Assembly (NCBI GenBank): GCA_963662475.2
Contig: CAXXUE010000002.1
Location: 50,486 to 114,485 of the forward strand
Origin: an uncultured Pseudodesulfovibrio sp.
GTDB lineage: Bacteria > Desulfobacterota > Desulfovibrionia > Desulfovibrionales > Desulfovibrionaceae
DNA: 64,000 nucleotides
Reading direction: 5' to 3'
Shown: positions 35,793 to 46,200 of the stretch, piece after piece
Numbering within the stretch: the stretch's first letter is position 1
Layout of the letters: every line of letters starts with the position of its first letter
Position numbers and translations under genes: made by a program
The notes under the pieces: model-generated
Told to the model about the DNA's origin: nothing
What the model saw: the letters and a program-made list of their open reading frames with translations, nothing else
The model's database searches: none

Positions 35793-38413
35793 TGCTCACA
35801 CCTCCGCGTGGTCGACGCTTCGGACAGTTCGGAAAGTATCACATTGATATCCTTGCTAAATTTTTCTCTATATCTCTCTTCCGATGCCCCGTCGGCCATG
35901 ACCATGTCTATCTGCCGGGTATGCACCAGCAGGTAGCCCATTATGGCAAGGGCCTGTTCCGCGACCTCGCAGGCCACGCCCTCCATCCGGGCGTACAGGG
36001 AATCCCCCCTGACCTCGACGATGAATCCGTGTTCCTCAAGCAGGCCCGCCACAAGCCTGATCCGGGTCTGGCGGCGACCTATGTCCGCCCCGCCGCCCTT
36101 GTACTGGAACAACGCGTAGTTCTCGCCCGGATCGTCGCCCGCAAAGCCCTCGACCGTGCAGAAATGAAAGCCGAAACGGGATTGGAGATTACAGTAATGC
36201 CTTCCCACGATGAAATAGTTGCGCCTGCCCATATCGTTGGCCACGCCCGGAGTCAGAGCCGGATTCTGCGCGGCTTCGGAAACAATGGACATGAAACCGC
36301 TCATGTTGACCGGGGGCGGCCCTTCCCACTCCACTGCAGTCATGCCGTGCCACAGGGACAGCATGGCATTGGACAGGATATCGTCCAGGGAAATATGCCC
36401 GCCCTCACCGGAATCAAGGGTGCCGCCGCCGATGTCCACCAGCCAATAATGCATGGGCAACTCGCCCCTGAGCTTGCGCGCGTTGGCCGTGGGATGGTCT
36501 CCGCCGGAAAACATTTCGAACACGGCCTTTTCATGACAATACCGCGTGATGTCGTGCAGAGACGTGCACCCCTCAGGCGTGAATTCGGCGCTGTCGGGGT
36601 CGGTCAGAGAAAGAGGCACCACATAGGGAAGCACCCGACGCAGGGCCAGAACCACGTCGTTTTCCCTGGGCAAGGATTTTACCGTGCCTGCGGCATCAAT
36701 CTGTGCCTGCCGGATACCGCGATAGATATTGCCGGTATCGGCGTTGACCGTGACCACGCCGACATCGGACAACCGTTGCACCGCACCGGGCGCGCCGATC
36801 AGGGCAGGAACGGAAAATTCACGCGCCACGTTGGCCAAATGGCTGGCCGAGCTGCCAAATTCGGCCACCAGCGCAGCGGCCTTGGGCAGCAGAGCTGACA
36901 ATTGCGGCCTGGCATTGCGCGTAAGCAGGATTCCCCCATCAGGGAATTGCAGCATGTCCTCATCCGTTTCCACCAGAAAGACGTGGCCCGAAGCCACACC
37001 CGGACTGGATGGGACAGCGGACGTAAGGACAACAAAAGACGCGTCTTCGTCATATTCCGGGTCGAATTCAATCGCATCCGCCTGTCCGGAAACCGCCAGG
37101 GGGCGGCATTGAAGAATGTAGACAAGGCCATCCCGATCCACGGCCCACTCCACATCTTGCGGCTGGCCGAAATGGGACTCCATACGCATCGCCATCCCGG
37201 CGAGAAGGGTGACCATCTCGTCGGATATGGAGGGAGCGGAACGTTGCGGCCCTTCCAATTGATGCCGGGTCACAGTGCCATCGTGGGCCATGCTTTGAAG
37301 CCATTGCTTGTCCGCAATTCTCGCCTCGCGAATCTCCAGGGTATCCCGGTCAACCCGCCAGGTGTCAATCCGGGCGGAGCCGTCCACCACGGCACAGGGT
37401 AGGCCGAAAGCACCATTGACTATCAATGCCGTGTCACTGGTGGAAACGGGATTGCACGTATAGACAACGCCTCCGGCCACGGCATCAATCATTTCCATAC
37501 AGCCCACGCACATGACCACTCCGTCTTCCCGGAGTCCGCGATTGAATCGGTAGATCATGGCCGTGGCCGAATACATACTCCCTACCACGCTCCGATACGC
37601 CTCGGTTACGTCTGTCGGCCTGACGCCGAGCAGGGAGAGAAATTGTCCGGCAAAACTGGTGTCCTCGGCGTCCTCGCCCAGGGCGCTGCTGCGCACGGCC
37701 AGTCTGAGGTTCTCCTTTCCGGCCATAAGCGTCTTGCACTGCGCCTCGATGGCCTCCTCAAGTTCCGGCGGAATGGCCGCCATGTCGATGGCCTGGCGAA
37801 TGTTCGCCTCCAGCGTGCGGAGTTCATCCAGCTCGTTGCTGTCCGTTATCTGGATCAGACGGTTGATCTCGTCCTCAAGACCAGTGGAGTCCATGAAAAG
37901 TCGAAATGCCGAAGCCGTTATGGAAAATCCCAGGGGAATCCGAATATCCAGCTTTTCGCCGATCTCTCCGAGCAGGGCCATCTTGGACCCGGTTTCGAGT
38001 GCGGACTCCGCCCTGACGGACTCCAGTCCCAGGACCAACGGGCCGGACGACTCGGCCGGGCGAAGGACAACCGCCGCCTCCATATCCATGACGATGCGGT
38101 TGAAAATATCCTTGAGCGGTTCGTATTTCCCCGGACACATGCGGCACAACCGCTCAATCATCTGGCGGACCGACGCCGCCACCTTGAGGCTCTGCGCCCT
38201 GACGTGCGCCATGCCGAAAACGCGATTTGACTTCGCGTCCTCGGTCATCTCGCCCATGCGTTCAAGGGCATCGTTGTTGGCGGCGAGCAAGAGACGAAAG
38301 TTTTCCGACTTGGCAAGGAACCGATCGGCAGCAGCCGTTCCGGCCGGTGCCCGTCGGATGAGATTGAATATATTCTTGATAAGGGTCTGCATGGCATCAC
38401 CGCCGCAACTCAA
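35789..38413 (-). CDS. PEP-synthase/PPDK-like protein (ATP-grasp plus phospho-His swivel domain, atypical C-terminus)
   Basis: GSKMA, AVRSSA.GED, FAGQF, QDVEWA, ILQCRP, SSASHLANVARE. Confidence 0.88.
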   Translation of the reverse strand: MSCGGDAMQTLIKNIFNLIRRAPAGTAAADRFLAKSENFRLLLAANNDALERMGEMTEDAKSNRVFGMAHVRAQSLKVAASVRQMIERLCRMCPGKYEPLKDIFNRIVMDMEAAVVLRPAESSGPLVLGLESVRAESALETGSKMALLGEIGEKLDIRIPLGFSITASAFRLFMDSTGLEDEINRLIQITDSNELDELRTLEANIRQAIDMAAIPPELEEAIEAQCKTLMAGKENLRLAVRSSALGEDAEDTSFAGQFLSLLGVRPTDVTEAYRSVVGSMYSATAMIYRFNRGLREDGVVMCVGCMEMIDAVAGGVVYTCNPVSTSDTALIVNGAFGLPCAVVDGSARIDTWRVDRDTLEIREARIADKQWLQSMAHDGTVTRHQLEGPQRSAPSISDEMVTLLAGMAMRMESHFGQPQDVEWAVDRDGLVYILQCRPLAVSGQADAIEFDPEYDEDASFVVLTSAVPSSPGVASGHVFLVETDEDMLQFPDGGILLTRNARPQLSALLPKAAALVAEFGSSASHLANVAREFSVPALIGAPGAVQRLSDVGVVTVNADTGNIYRGIRQAQIDAAGTVKSLPRENDVVLALRRVLPYVVPLSLTDPDSAEFTPEGCTSLHDITRYCHEKAVFEMFSGGDHPTANARKLRGELPMHYWLVDIGGGTLDSGEGGHISLDDILSNAMLSLWHGMTAVEWEGPPPVNMSGFMSIVSEAAQNPALTPGVANDMGRRNYFIVGRHYCNLQSRFGFHFCTVEGFAGDDPGENYALFQYKGGGADIGRRQTRIRLVAGLLEEHGFIVEVRGDSLYARMEGVACEVAEQALAIMGYLLVHTRQIDMVMADGASEERYREKFSKDINVILSELSEASTTRRCEQ

Positions 38414-38793
38414 GCGGGAGCAAGGCGACGCGATTTGACCGCATCCAATACCTTGAAATACAGTTCATCGGTTCCCACTGGCTTCAGCAGGTAGTCGAAC
38501 GCCCCACACTCCATCCCTTCGATGAGGACCTTCGAGTTCGCATGACCGGTCAAAATGATGACCGGCAAGGTCGAGTCCAGTGCCTTGATTCGACGCAGGG
38601 TTTCTATGCCGCTCATTCCGGGCATCATGACGTCGAGAATCACCACGTCAAAGGCTTTGGCCTGCACTTTCTCAAGGGCCTCCAGGCCGCTGGTCGCGAT
38701 GTCGATTTCCGTATTCCGGCGAATGAACCGGCGCGAATAGGCGGTGAGGAAGTCATTCTCATCATCCACCAACAGCAAACGTATCTTTTTCAT
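38410..38793 (-). CDS. Single-domain response regulator
   Basis: LVDDE, ILDVMMP, YLLKP; start at ATG 38793. Confidence 0.9.
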   Translation of the reverse strand: MKKIRLLLVDDENDFLTAYSRRFIRRNTEIDIATSGLEALEKVQAKAFDVVILDVMMPGMSGIETLRRIKALDSTLPVIILTGHANSKVLIEGMECGAFDYLLKPVGTDELYFKVLDAVKSRRLAPA

Positions 38794-38918
38794 CTCTGCT
38801 CTCCTGCGGCTTTCTCCGCGCCCGGACCGGGGGCTAGGGGCGTGCCCCCGGCCAGGGGTTGGAGGGGTGAGGGAAGGGTATGTCCTCATTATCTATGCGC
38901 AAAAAAACGGTGTGATCC

Positions 38919-39464
38919 TCACATCAACTCTTGCAGTTCGGTAATCAGCGGCGCTGCGGTCCAGAAAAACAACAGCAGCAGAAAGCCCGTCATGACAACG
39001 ATCAATGCCGCCTTGATCTTGGTTGTACCGGCCGCCTTGACCAGCCCGATACCCACGAGCAGGGCGCGGACCGGCTCTATGGCAATGGCCAATCCCGGAA
39101 TCCAGGAAACCACCATGACCGCGCCGCTGGCGTACGCATAAATATTGAAGACCTTGCCGTAGGATACCTTGTCCATGCTGGTCATGCCGAGAAGGATAAA
39201 GGTGATGACCGCACCAAAAGCTGGCATCGCCACCGCGTTGACCATCATGATCACGCCCATGGTGAGCGAGTTCTCGAAAAAGTAGGCCATGCTGACCGAG
39301 CAATAGAACAAGGCCGAAATCATCAGGAAAAACAGTGCGCGCCTCGAACTGGTCTCCGCAGCGACCGATCCGAAGAATTTGATAGGCGACCGCATAACGG
39401 AAAAAATCGTATCGAAATATTCCCTGGCATTCATCCGGGAACCGTTTTCGCAAGTAGCTTCCAT
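38919..39464 (-). CDS. YIP1-family membrane protein
   Basis: SPIKFF motif, about 5 hydrophobic segments, YAYASG. Confidence 0.7.
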   Translation of the reverse strand: MEATCENGSRMNAREYFDTIFSVMRSPIKFFGSVAAETSSRRALFFLMISALFYCSVSMAYFFENSLTMGVIMMVNAVAMPAFGAVITFILLGMTSMDKVSYGKVFNIYAYASGAVMVVSWIPGLAIAIEPVRALLVGIGLVKAAGTTKIKAALIVVMTGFLLLLFFWTAAPLITELQELM

Positions 39465-39479
39465 GCCCCCCCCTTATCG

Positions 39480-39629
39480 TTAAATGAGATCCTTGGCGTA
39501 GTCGACAATGCCCCACAGGAGCATGGCCAAGGTCATGATGAAAAGAACCCGTCGTTCGGTCTGCTTCGTAAAATAGGTCACGCCCTTTTTGTGGACAAAT
39601 GCGCGTTCCTGACTTTCATTGGCATTCAT
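39480..39629 (-). CDS. Unannotated 49-aa single-TM protein
   Basis: MNANESQERAFVHKKGVTYFTKQTERRVLFIMTLAMLLWGIVDYAKDLI; AAGGAG RBS; fills the gap between SLC13 and YIP1. Confidence 0.75.
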   Translation of the reverse strand: MNANESQERAFVHKKGVTYFTKQTERRVLFIMTLAMLLWGIVDYAKDLI

Positions 39630-39705
39630 TGTATTCTCCTTTGTTGTGGCCCGGCGGCCCGCCCTGAAGCGGGCCGCCGGGGTATGGCATGTTGATTCAA
39701 TTGCG

Positions 39706-41556
39706 TCAGAAGGCTGGCAAACTGCCGAACCCGATGCCGCACCAGTAAACTGCCGTCAGAAGGACGATCACGATATTGGCTATGAACCACATGGGAAGTC
39801 CGACCCGGATATAATCCTTGGGTTCCAGGTAGCCGGATGCATAGACGATGGCATTCGGCGGGGTGCCGATGATCAGGCAGTAGGCAAAGGACGATGCCAC
39901 TGCTGTCGCCATGGCCATGAACGGCAGGAACGTGGTGCCGGGATGGACGATACTCGCCAGGTTGAGGGTGATGGGACCAACTGCGGCAGCGGCGGGGCCG
40001 TCAGCCATCAGGTTGGTCAGAACCGCAGTCAGGCCGTTGGACGTAAGCATCAGCGGGATGCCGTGGTCCATGCCGAGCGGGGCCAGCATATCGATGACGG
40101 ACTGGGCCAGCCAGTAGGCAGCGCCGGTCTTGTCCAGGGTGCGACCGAAGATGATGGCACCCGCGTACAACCAGACAACACCCCAGTCGACCTTTTCCTG
40201 GTAGTCACGCCAGTTGACAACACCCGCGAACAGGTAGGCCACAGCACCGGCAACCGCGATGACACCAATGCCCAGGCGGATGGGGTAGATACCCAGGTTG
40301 TAGAATTCCTTTTCCGTGAACCAACCGAAGACCATGACGGCAAAGATGACCATTGCCCAGATCTGATTCCGGTTCCACTTGCCCATCTTGCTGATTTCAC
40401 CTTCGAGGTGGCGCATGGCCGGTGCCAGGGAGGTGATTTTCGGCTTGAAGACCATGTTGGTTACGATCCAGGTGATGGGGATCATGACGACCACGAACGG
40501 CATACAATAGGCGATCCACTGGGCGTACCCAATGTCCATGCCGAACATGTCGCTCAGATAGGTCATCATGATGACGTTGCGTGCGCCGCCCGAAGGTGCG
40601 CCGGGACCACCGATGTTACACGCCATGGCAATGGCAATCATCAGCATCTTGGCCAATTCCTTGTCCTCGGGGACTTCATCGGTCAGGCTGTTCTGATAGA
40701 GCAGCATGCCGATGGGCAGGAACATGGCGGCCAACGCATGGTCGGAAATGAACGCGGCCAGCGGGCTGATGACGATGAAGAAGATAAGCGTGATCCAACG
40801 GACGTTGGGCACCGCCAGCTTTTTGAACATCATCAGGCACATGCGCTTGTCCACGCCCGTCTTGACGAAGGCTGCAGCAAACATGAGTGAACCCATGATA
40901 AACCAGCAGGCGTCAGACCAGTAAAGACCGGCCACTTCGCTTCGGGTCACGACCCCGGTGAAGACCAGAATCAGGCCGATGGAGAACGCCACGCCCGGAA
41001 GCGGGATGCACTCGGTCATGAAGCAGAAGACAACGAACACGACCAGAGCGATGGCGACCTTGATCTTCCAGGCACCCTTTTCGGCGCTCTTCTTTTCACC
41101 CTTGGATAGCTCGTCGTACTTGAGGCCTTTCATTCTCTTGTTAAACGCGCCCTTCATGAACTTGAGGTAGGCCTCGTCCGCGACGGAGGTCTTGACGTAG
41201 TCCATGGCACGCTTGAAGTTTGTTGCATCAGCGGGGATCTTGTACTTCTTCGCCCACTTCAGGTTGCGCTTCATCAAACGGTCCTTGGAAAGCGCGCCCA
41301 TACGCATATTCTGTTCCATCATGCTGGCGGTGAGAAGCTGCCATTGTTCGCAATCCGCACTTTTTTTCTGGAAGAGCTGCTGACACAGGTAATTGGTTAC
41401 GACCTTGGGGCCGACCGAGTACTGCATGCCCACGTCTTTCATCCCGTTGGGGGTGGGTAACATGAGAATTACAGCAAAAAGTACCACCGGAAATATGAAA
41501 AGCTTCCAATTGACGTACTTGTCGTAACCGGTCGCTTTATTCTTTTGTTGAGCCAT
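39706..41556 (-). CDS. SLC13/DASS-family anion transporter
   Basis: ISDHA, GAPSGGARN, LIIGTPPNAIVY; many TM helices. Confidence 0.9.
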   Translation of the reverse strand: MAQQKNKATGYDKYVNWKLFIFPVVLFAVILMLPTPNGMKDVGMQYSVGPKVVTNYLCQQLFQKKSADCEQWQLLTASMMEQNMRMGALSKDRLMKRNLKWAKKYKIPADATNFKRAMDYVKTSVADEAYLKFMKGAFNKRMKGLKYDELSKGEKKSAEKGAWKIKVAIALVVFVVFCFMTECIPLPGVAFSIGLILVFTGVVTRSEVAGLYWSDACWFIMGSLMFAAAFVKTGVDKRMCLMMFKKLAVPNVRWITLIFFIVISPLAAFISDHALAAMFLPIGMLLYQNSLTDEVPEDKELAKMLMIAIAMACNIGGPGAPSGGARNVIMMTYLSDMFGMDIGYAQWIAYCMPFVVVMIPITWIVTNMVFKPKITSLAPAMRHLEGEISKMGKWNRNQIWAMVIFAVMVFGWFTEKEFYNLGIYPIRLGIGVIAVAGAVAYLFAGVVNWRDYQEKVDWGVVWLYAGAIIFGRTLDKTGAAYWLAQSVIDMLAPLGMDHGIPLMLTSNGLTAVLTNLMADGPAAAAVGPITLNLASIVHPGTTFLPFMAMATAVASSFAYCLIIGTPPNAIVYASGYLEPKDYIRVGLPMWFIANIVIVLLTAVYWCGIGFGSLPAF

Positions 41557-41588
41557 GGGTAACCTCTAGGTTTTGCGCTTCAATGAAT

Positions 41589-42488
41589 TCAGCTGGATGA
41601 AATGATCTTGGCGATCTCGTAAAAGAGCTCCTGCTCTCGAACGATACCGACATCACTACCATTGGCCTGTACCAACATACGTCTGGCAGGGAGGGTCACC
41701 ATGGTATTGGCCGCATCCATGAGATTGGCATTGGCATCAATCACGGGGAGAGTCTCGGACATGAGGCCACGCACGGGCTTGTCCATGATTTCCTTGACCC
41801 GTGAGGTAAAAAGCCCCTGCCAGAACATGGCCGAATATTGCAGACTGTCGGCCATAGAGGGTTTTGATGCCGAGAGGTAGTCAGGCCTCACCGCATCAAT
41901 GAGATCCAGCGGACTGAGCAATCCGACAACGCTTCCGTCAATGTCCGTCACCAGTACGGACCGGTGCCCGGTGTCCATGAGACGGTCGGTGGCCAGCAGA
42001 TGACGCATGGCCTTTTCCAGTGCCCGAATGGCGTCCCGGACCGTGCTGTCAACCGGAATTTGCGTATACCGCTCCAGCGGGATCATGATGTCGCCTGCCA
42101 GCTTTTCGATGTAGGCCACTTTGGTGGCGTAATCGTAGGCATCCTTGATCTTGGCACCCAGCAGGTCTACGTCACAGGGCTTTGCCAGATAGTCGAACGC
42201 ACCTGTTTCATAGGCTTTTTTTGCGCCAGGAACATCGCCATGCCCGGTCAGCATGATGATGGGAATATCCGGCAATTTAGCCTTGATGAGTTTCAAAGTG
42301 TCATGCCCGTCCAGACCACCCATTTTCACGTCAAGGATGACCACATCCGGCGACTGGTCCAATTTGTCCAATGCCTCCTCGCCACTTTCCGCTAGAATTG
42401 TTTCAAATCCTTTGCGAGCCAGTATCTTTGCTGTCGTGGTGCGAAAGCGCTCCTCATCATCAACCATGAGGACCTTGATTTTAACCAT
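41589..42488 (-). CDS. Response regulator with C-terminal CBS pair
   Basis: REC (MVDDE, ILDVKM, YLAKP) followed by CBS-like repeats; ATG 42488 with AAGGAGG. Confidence 0.88.
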   Translation of the reverse strand: MVKIKVLMVDDEERFRTTTAKILARKGFETILAESGEEALDKLDQSPDVVILDVKMGGLDGHDTLKLIKAKLPDIPIIMLTGHGDVPGAKKAYETGAFDYLAKPCDVDLLGAKIKDAYDYATKVAYIEKLAGDIMIPLERYTQIPVDSTVRDAIRALEKAMRHLLATDRLMDTGHRSVLVTDIDGSVVGLLSPLDLIDAVRPDYLSASKPSMADSLQYSAMFWQGLFTSRVKEIMDKPVRGLMSETLPVIDANANLMDAANTMVTLPARRMLVQANGSDVGIVREQELFYEIAKIISSS

Positions 42489-42498
42489 TACAACCTCC

Positions 42499-42957
42499 TT
42501 ATTTTCTAACCAATTCACTCTGTCCACCCGAGGATTCGGCCATTTGGGCAGAGTGTATTTTCCGTTTCTGAAGCTTGACCTTTTCAAAAGCCTCCTCAGC
42601 CTTGCTCAGGAAATCCTTCATGCTCACCGGCTTGATGAGATAATCCAGCGCACCCAGCTTGAGCCCCTCCACCGCAGTCTCCATGGTGGCGTGACCTGTC
42701 AGGATGATGACCTCGGAAAGCGGGTAATCCTTTTTAATGCGCTGCAACGTCTCCATGCCGTCCATGCCAGGCATCTTGATATCGAGAAAGATGACATCCA
42801 CGTCCCGGGTTTGCAGAACATTCAACGCTTCCTGACCCGAATTGGCCGTAAGCGCTTCGATGCCGATTTTCTCGAAAAGCTTCCTGGTAGTGCTAAGCAA
42901 CCGCTCTTCGTCATCCACAAGTAAAATTCTCATCTTTTTCATACCGTCACCATGCAT
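42499..42957 (-). CDS. Single-domain response regulator (start 42957 or 42942)
   Basis: LVDDE, FLDIKMP, YLIKP. Confidence 0.88.
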   Translation of the reverse strand: MHGDGMKKMRILLVDDEERLLSTTRKLFEKIGIEALTANSGQEALNVLQTRDVDVIFLDIKMPGMDGMETLQRIKKDYPLSEVIILTGHATMETAVEGLKLGALDYLIKPVSMKDFLSKAEEAFEKVKLQKRKIHSAQMAESSGGQSELVRK

Positions 42958-42994
42958 TTGGCCTGAGCGTTTTGTGTGAACATGCCGAAGCCTT

Positions 42995-43011
42995 AGCAAC
43001 CAACATGCCAA
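42995..43011 (-). promoter_or_regulatory. sigma54 promoter at the head of the RR-RR/CBS-SLC13 operon
   Basis: Minus strand TTGGCATGTTGGTTGCT, near-consensus -24/-12. Confidence 0.85.
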
Positions 43012-43264
43012 TTTTAACTATCTGTTTTTAATTGCTTTTTTCTTGCAATGATTTTGGCAAATAGGCCTTGCAACGCGCAAAAAACACGCAAAAGCCCATT
43101 AGAAGCCAAAGAAACCACTCGCCGCGACACGAGGCTTGAGTATGGATAAATTCAATGAAGACAATGGTTGAAAGCTGACAAACAACCCCGTATGGAATGA
43201 TACAACCTGGCAAGGCATGGTTGCTGCAAGATATCAATCGCAACCACAACAAGGGAGAAAGGTT

Positions 43265-46200
43265 TTGCCCCCCCATTCCATCTACTACGACAACAACGAC
43301 TATAAGCTTCTCGAAATACTCAACGATTTAATGAATCGGGAAGTGGACCGTTCACGCTTCAAGACCATCCTGGCCCCGTACCTGAGGCCCCACGGCATAA
43401 AGGAACTGGCTGCGGACCCGGGACTTCGGATCGGGTATGCGATCATGCACCTGCTCCAGTCCCTGAAGTCGGAGCAGTCATCCGACCGCATCAAGGCACT
43501 CACGACCTTGCGCGACGAAACCATGGCCGCCGCCCGCGGCAGCATGCGCAACAACCGCGCCCGCGTACTGATTCAAATCGGCAAGGAACTCATCCGGGCA
43601 GGAGACGACGGACGAAAACAACTGGAACTGGCACACGATTTCCGCCTGGCCGCCATGGGAAAGGTGAGCTTCCTGCGAAAGCAGCTCAAAAAATATCACC
43701 TGCTTGAAATGCCCGAGGAATGGAACCAGATCACCTTTGACGACCGGGTTCACGACGCCAATAGCAAAGGGCGCAAATCGGCAACCCACCTGATCATGGA
43801 TGCATGGGTCAAAGGCATCCAGCACCTGACCGTGGTCTACTATGACTTTCTTGAACCGGCTGTGGCACGCGAGCTATTTGCTTCTGCCCGCATATTGGGT
43901 GTTACCGTTCGTGTAGGCATAGAATACCGAGCGGAATTCCGAGGACGCTCCATAAAAATAGTCTGGAGCCCCAGCGGATTGCAGGATAATTCTGATATTG
44001 ACGAATTCTTCCAGCAGGAAGCCGTGCAGGAACTGATGCAGTTGGGTAGAATGGTTCAGGAACGCAGGACAAGCTATGTCCAGGCGGTCACCCAACAATT
44101 CAACGAAGTACACCTCAAATCCATTCACCAGGAATTCGGCATTCTTCTGCCCCCCATCGACTACAGCGACGTGGCCCGAGTCATCGGAACCGGACAGCCA
44201 TCGATTTTCCATCTCGGCAGCCACATCCACGAAATAGCCATGCCCCTTTTCATCGAGCACACCGCGCTGCTTCGGGAACAATATGCCGCAGCAGATTACG
44301 ACACCAAGGCTGCCATAGCCATGCAGCTCGAATCGCTGGATTCGCTCGATGCTGAAACCATTGTGGAACGATATCTCATCCCGAAGGAAAATCCGGACAT
44401 ACCGGACCCGGACGCTTTGCTCCCGGGCTCGGATGCCCCGGAGCATCTCCGGCAATCACCGGCTGAACTGACCGCCCGTCTCCGACAGGCCTGTCCGGGC
44501 AGTCATCTGACGCTCATACTCTCCGGCCTTGAAATCGCCGATATGATTGAAATATTGTATGATTGTAGCGGAAGAATAACTCATTTCGAGGTCTTCAACG
44601 TCAAATCGCTCACCGAATTGCAGGTCATCCAGCGCAAACCGTTCAACCGTTTGCAACAGGCCATAAACGAACACAACGCCGTCACCCTGAAGCGGATGAT
44701 CCGCAACGGCATTGAGGAAATGCAGTCCGATCCCCGGCCTGACGCCGCAGAGAGATCGGATAGGCTGAAAGCGATCCTTACCGATTTTCATCGCCTGCTC
44801 GAACACTATCGGCGCACCCCCTTGCGCGGAACCATCGGCAGCGGCTCCACCGGACGTTCCACACGATCACACGGCATGGGGTTTGCCGTTGCGTACACTC
44901 TGCCACTCCGGGCTCAGAGGGAAATCCACTCCCGCGCGCGTTCAAACTGTATTCCGGTTGTCGGCACGGTGTCGGCATCCGTGGAATTTATCCCGCCACC
45001 GCGCAAACCCGGCTTTTGGGGAAGAATCGTGCAATCGGCCAGTCGTTTGCCAGGTTTGCGCGCCTTGCTTTGCGCAACACACCATCGCTGGCACGTGGCA
45101 GAATTCCGCATTGAGAACGCCACGTGCGGCAATGTCGTTTCCCTTGGCGGCATAAGCCGGGAAGGCAACGGATTAAGCCTGTACGAGGAACAAAATACCA
45201 AAAATGAACAGCCTTCTCTGGGAAAACTGAACAGCTCTCTCAAGAATGCTCTCAAAATTCTATTGGGATTCATCCCTGCCTTCCTGACCTTCTACCTGAC
45301 CAAGGAATGGTGGATTCTGGCCTATCTCGGCGGGGTCATCTGGTTTGGCATCACCGGCCTGCGAAACGTCATCCAGTCCGTACTCGGCGGCGGCGGTCTC
45401 AGGCGTTCCGCCCTTTTGCGCTGGAACGACTACATTGATTGGGACCGTATTTCCGATTCCCTTCTATACACCGGATTCTCGGTACCGCTGCTCGACTGGC
45501 TGTGCAAATCCGTGGTCCTGGATCAAGGGTTCGGCATTAACACCGCCACCAATCCGCTCATGCTGTACACCGTCATGGCCCTGACCAACGGCGTCTACAT
45601 CTCCAGTCACAACCTGATCAGGGGATTGCCCCGAAAGGCGGCCATGGGGAATTTTTTCCGGAGTGTCCTTTCCATTCCGGTGGCCTTTGCCTTCAACCTG
45701 GCAGTCGGTTCATTTCTGCAGATGTCCGGGGCCGTGGATACGGCCATGACCCTGCAACTCTGGGCCGCAGTCATCTCGAAGCTCGCCTCCGACTGCGTGG
45801 CCGGCTTCATCGAGGGATTGGCTGACCGCAGTCACAACATCGCCATGCGGCATTGGGATTACACGGAAAAAATCCGACAGGTGTTCGATCTGTTCTCTCA
45901 GCTCGAAATCGTTTTCCCGAACCTGAACATGCTCGATCAACTCAACGACCCGAAGGCCTTCATCGAACATTCGCGAGCTTCAAACGCCGATCACGTTTCG
46001 GAACTCATGGCCAACGCACTCGACCTGCTCTACATCAGGATGTACAAACCCCGGGCGCGCGAGGCACTTCACCTGGCAATGACCAAGATGACCGAGGATG
46101 AATTGGACGTGTTCCTGGCTTCCCAGCAGATTCTGGCCGAGGAGAAAGAGGTTGCCCTGCTCTTTGTCAACGGCCTGGTAGGCCGCAACTTTTCCAAGGC

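Noticed and set aside
43040-43230. sigma54 promoter for the 1000-aa gene (TGGCAA...TTGC at ~43055 and ~43208)
   Set aside because: GG-to-GC spacing is 12 or 7 nt rather than 10
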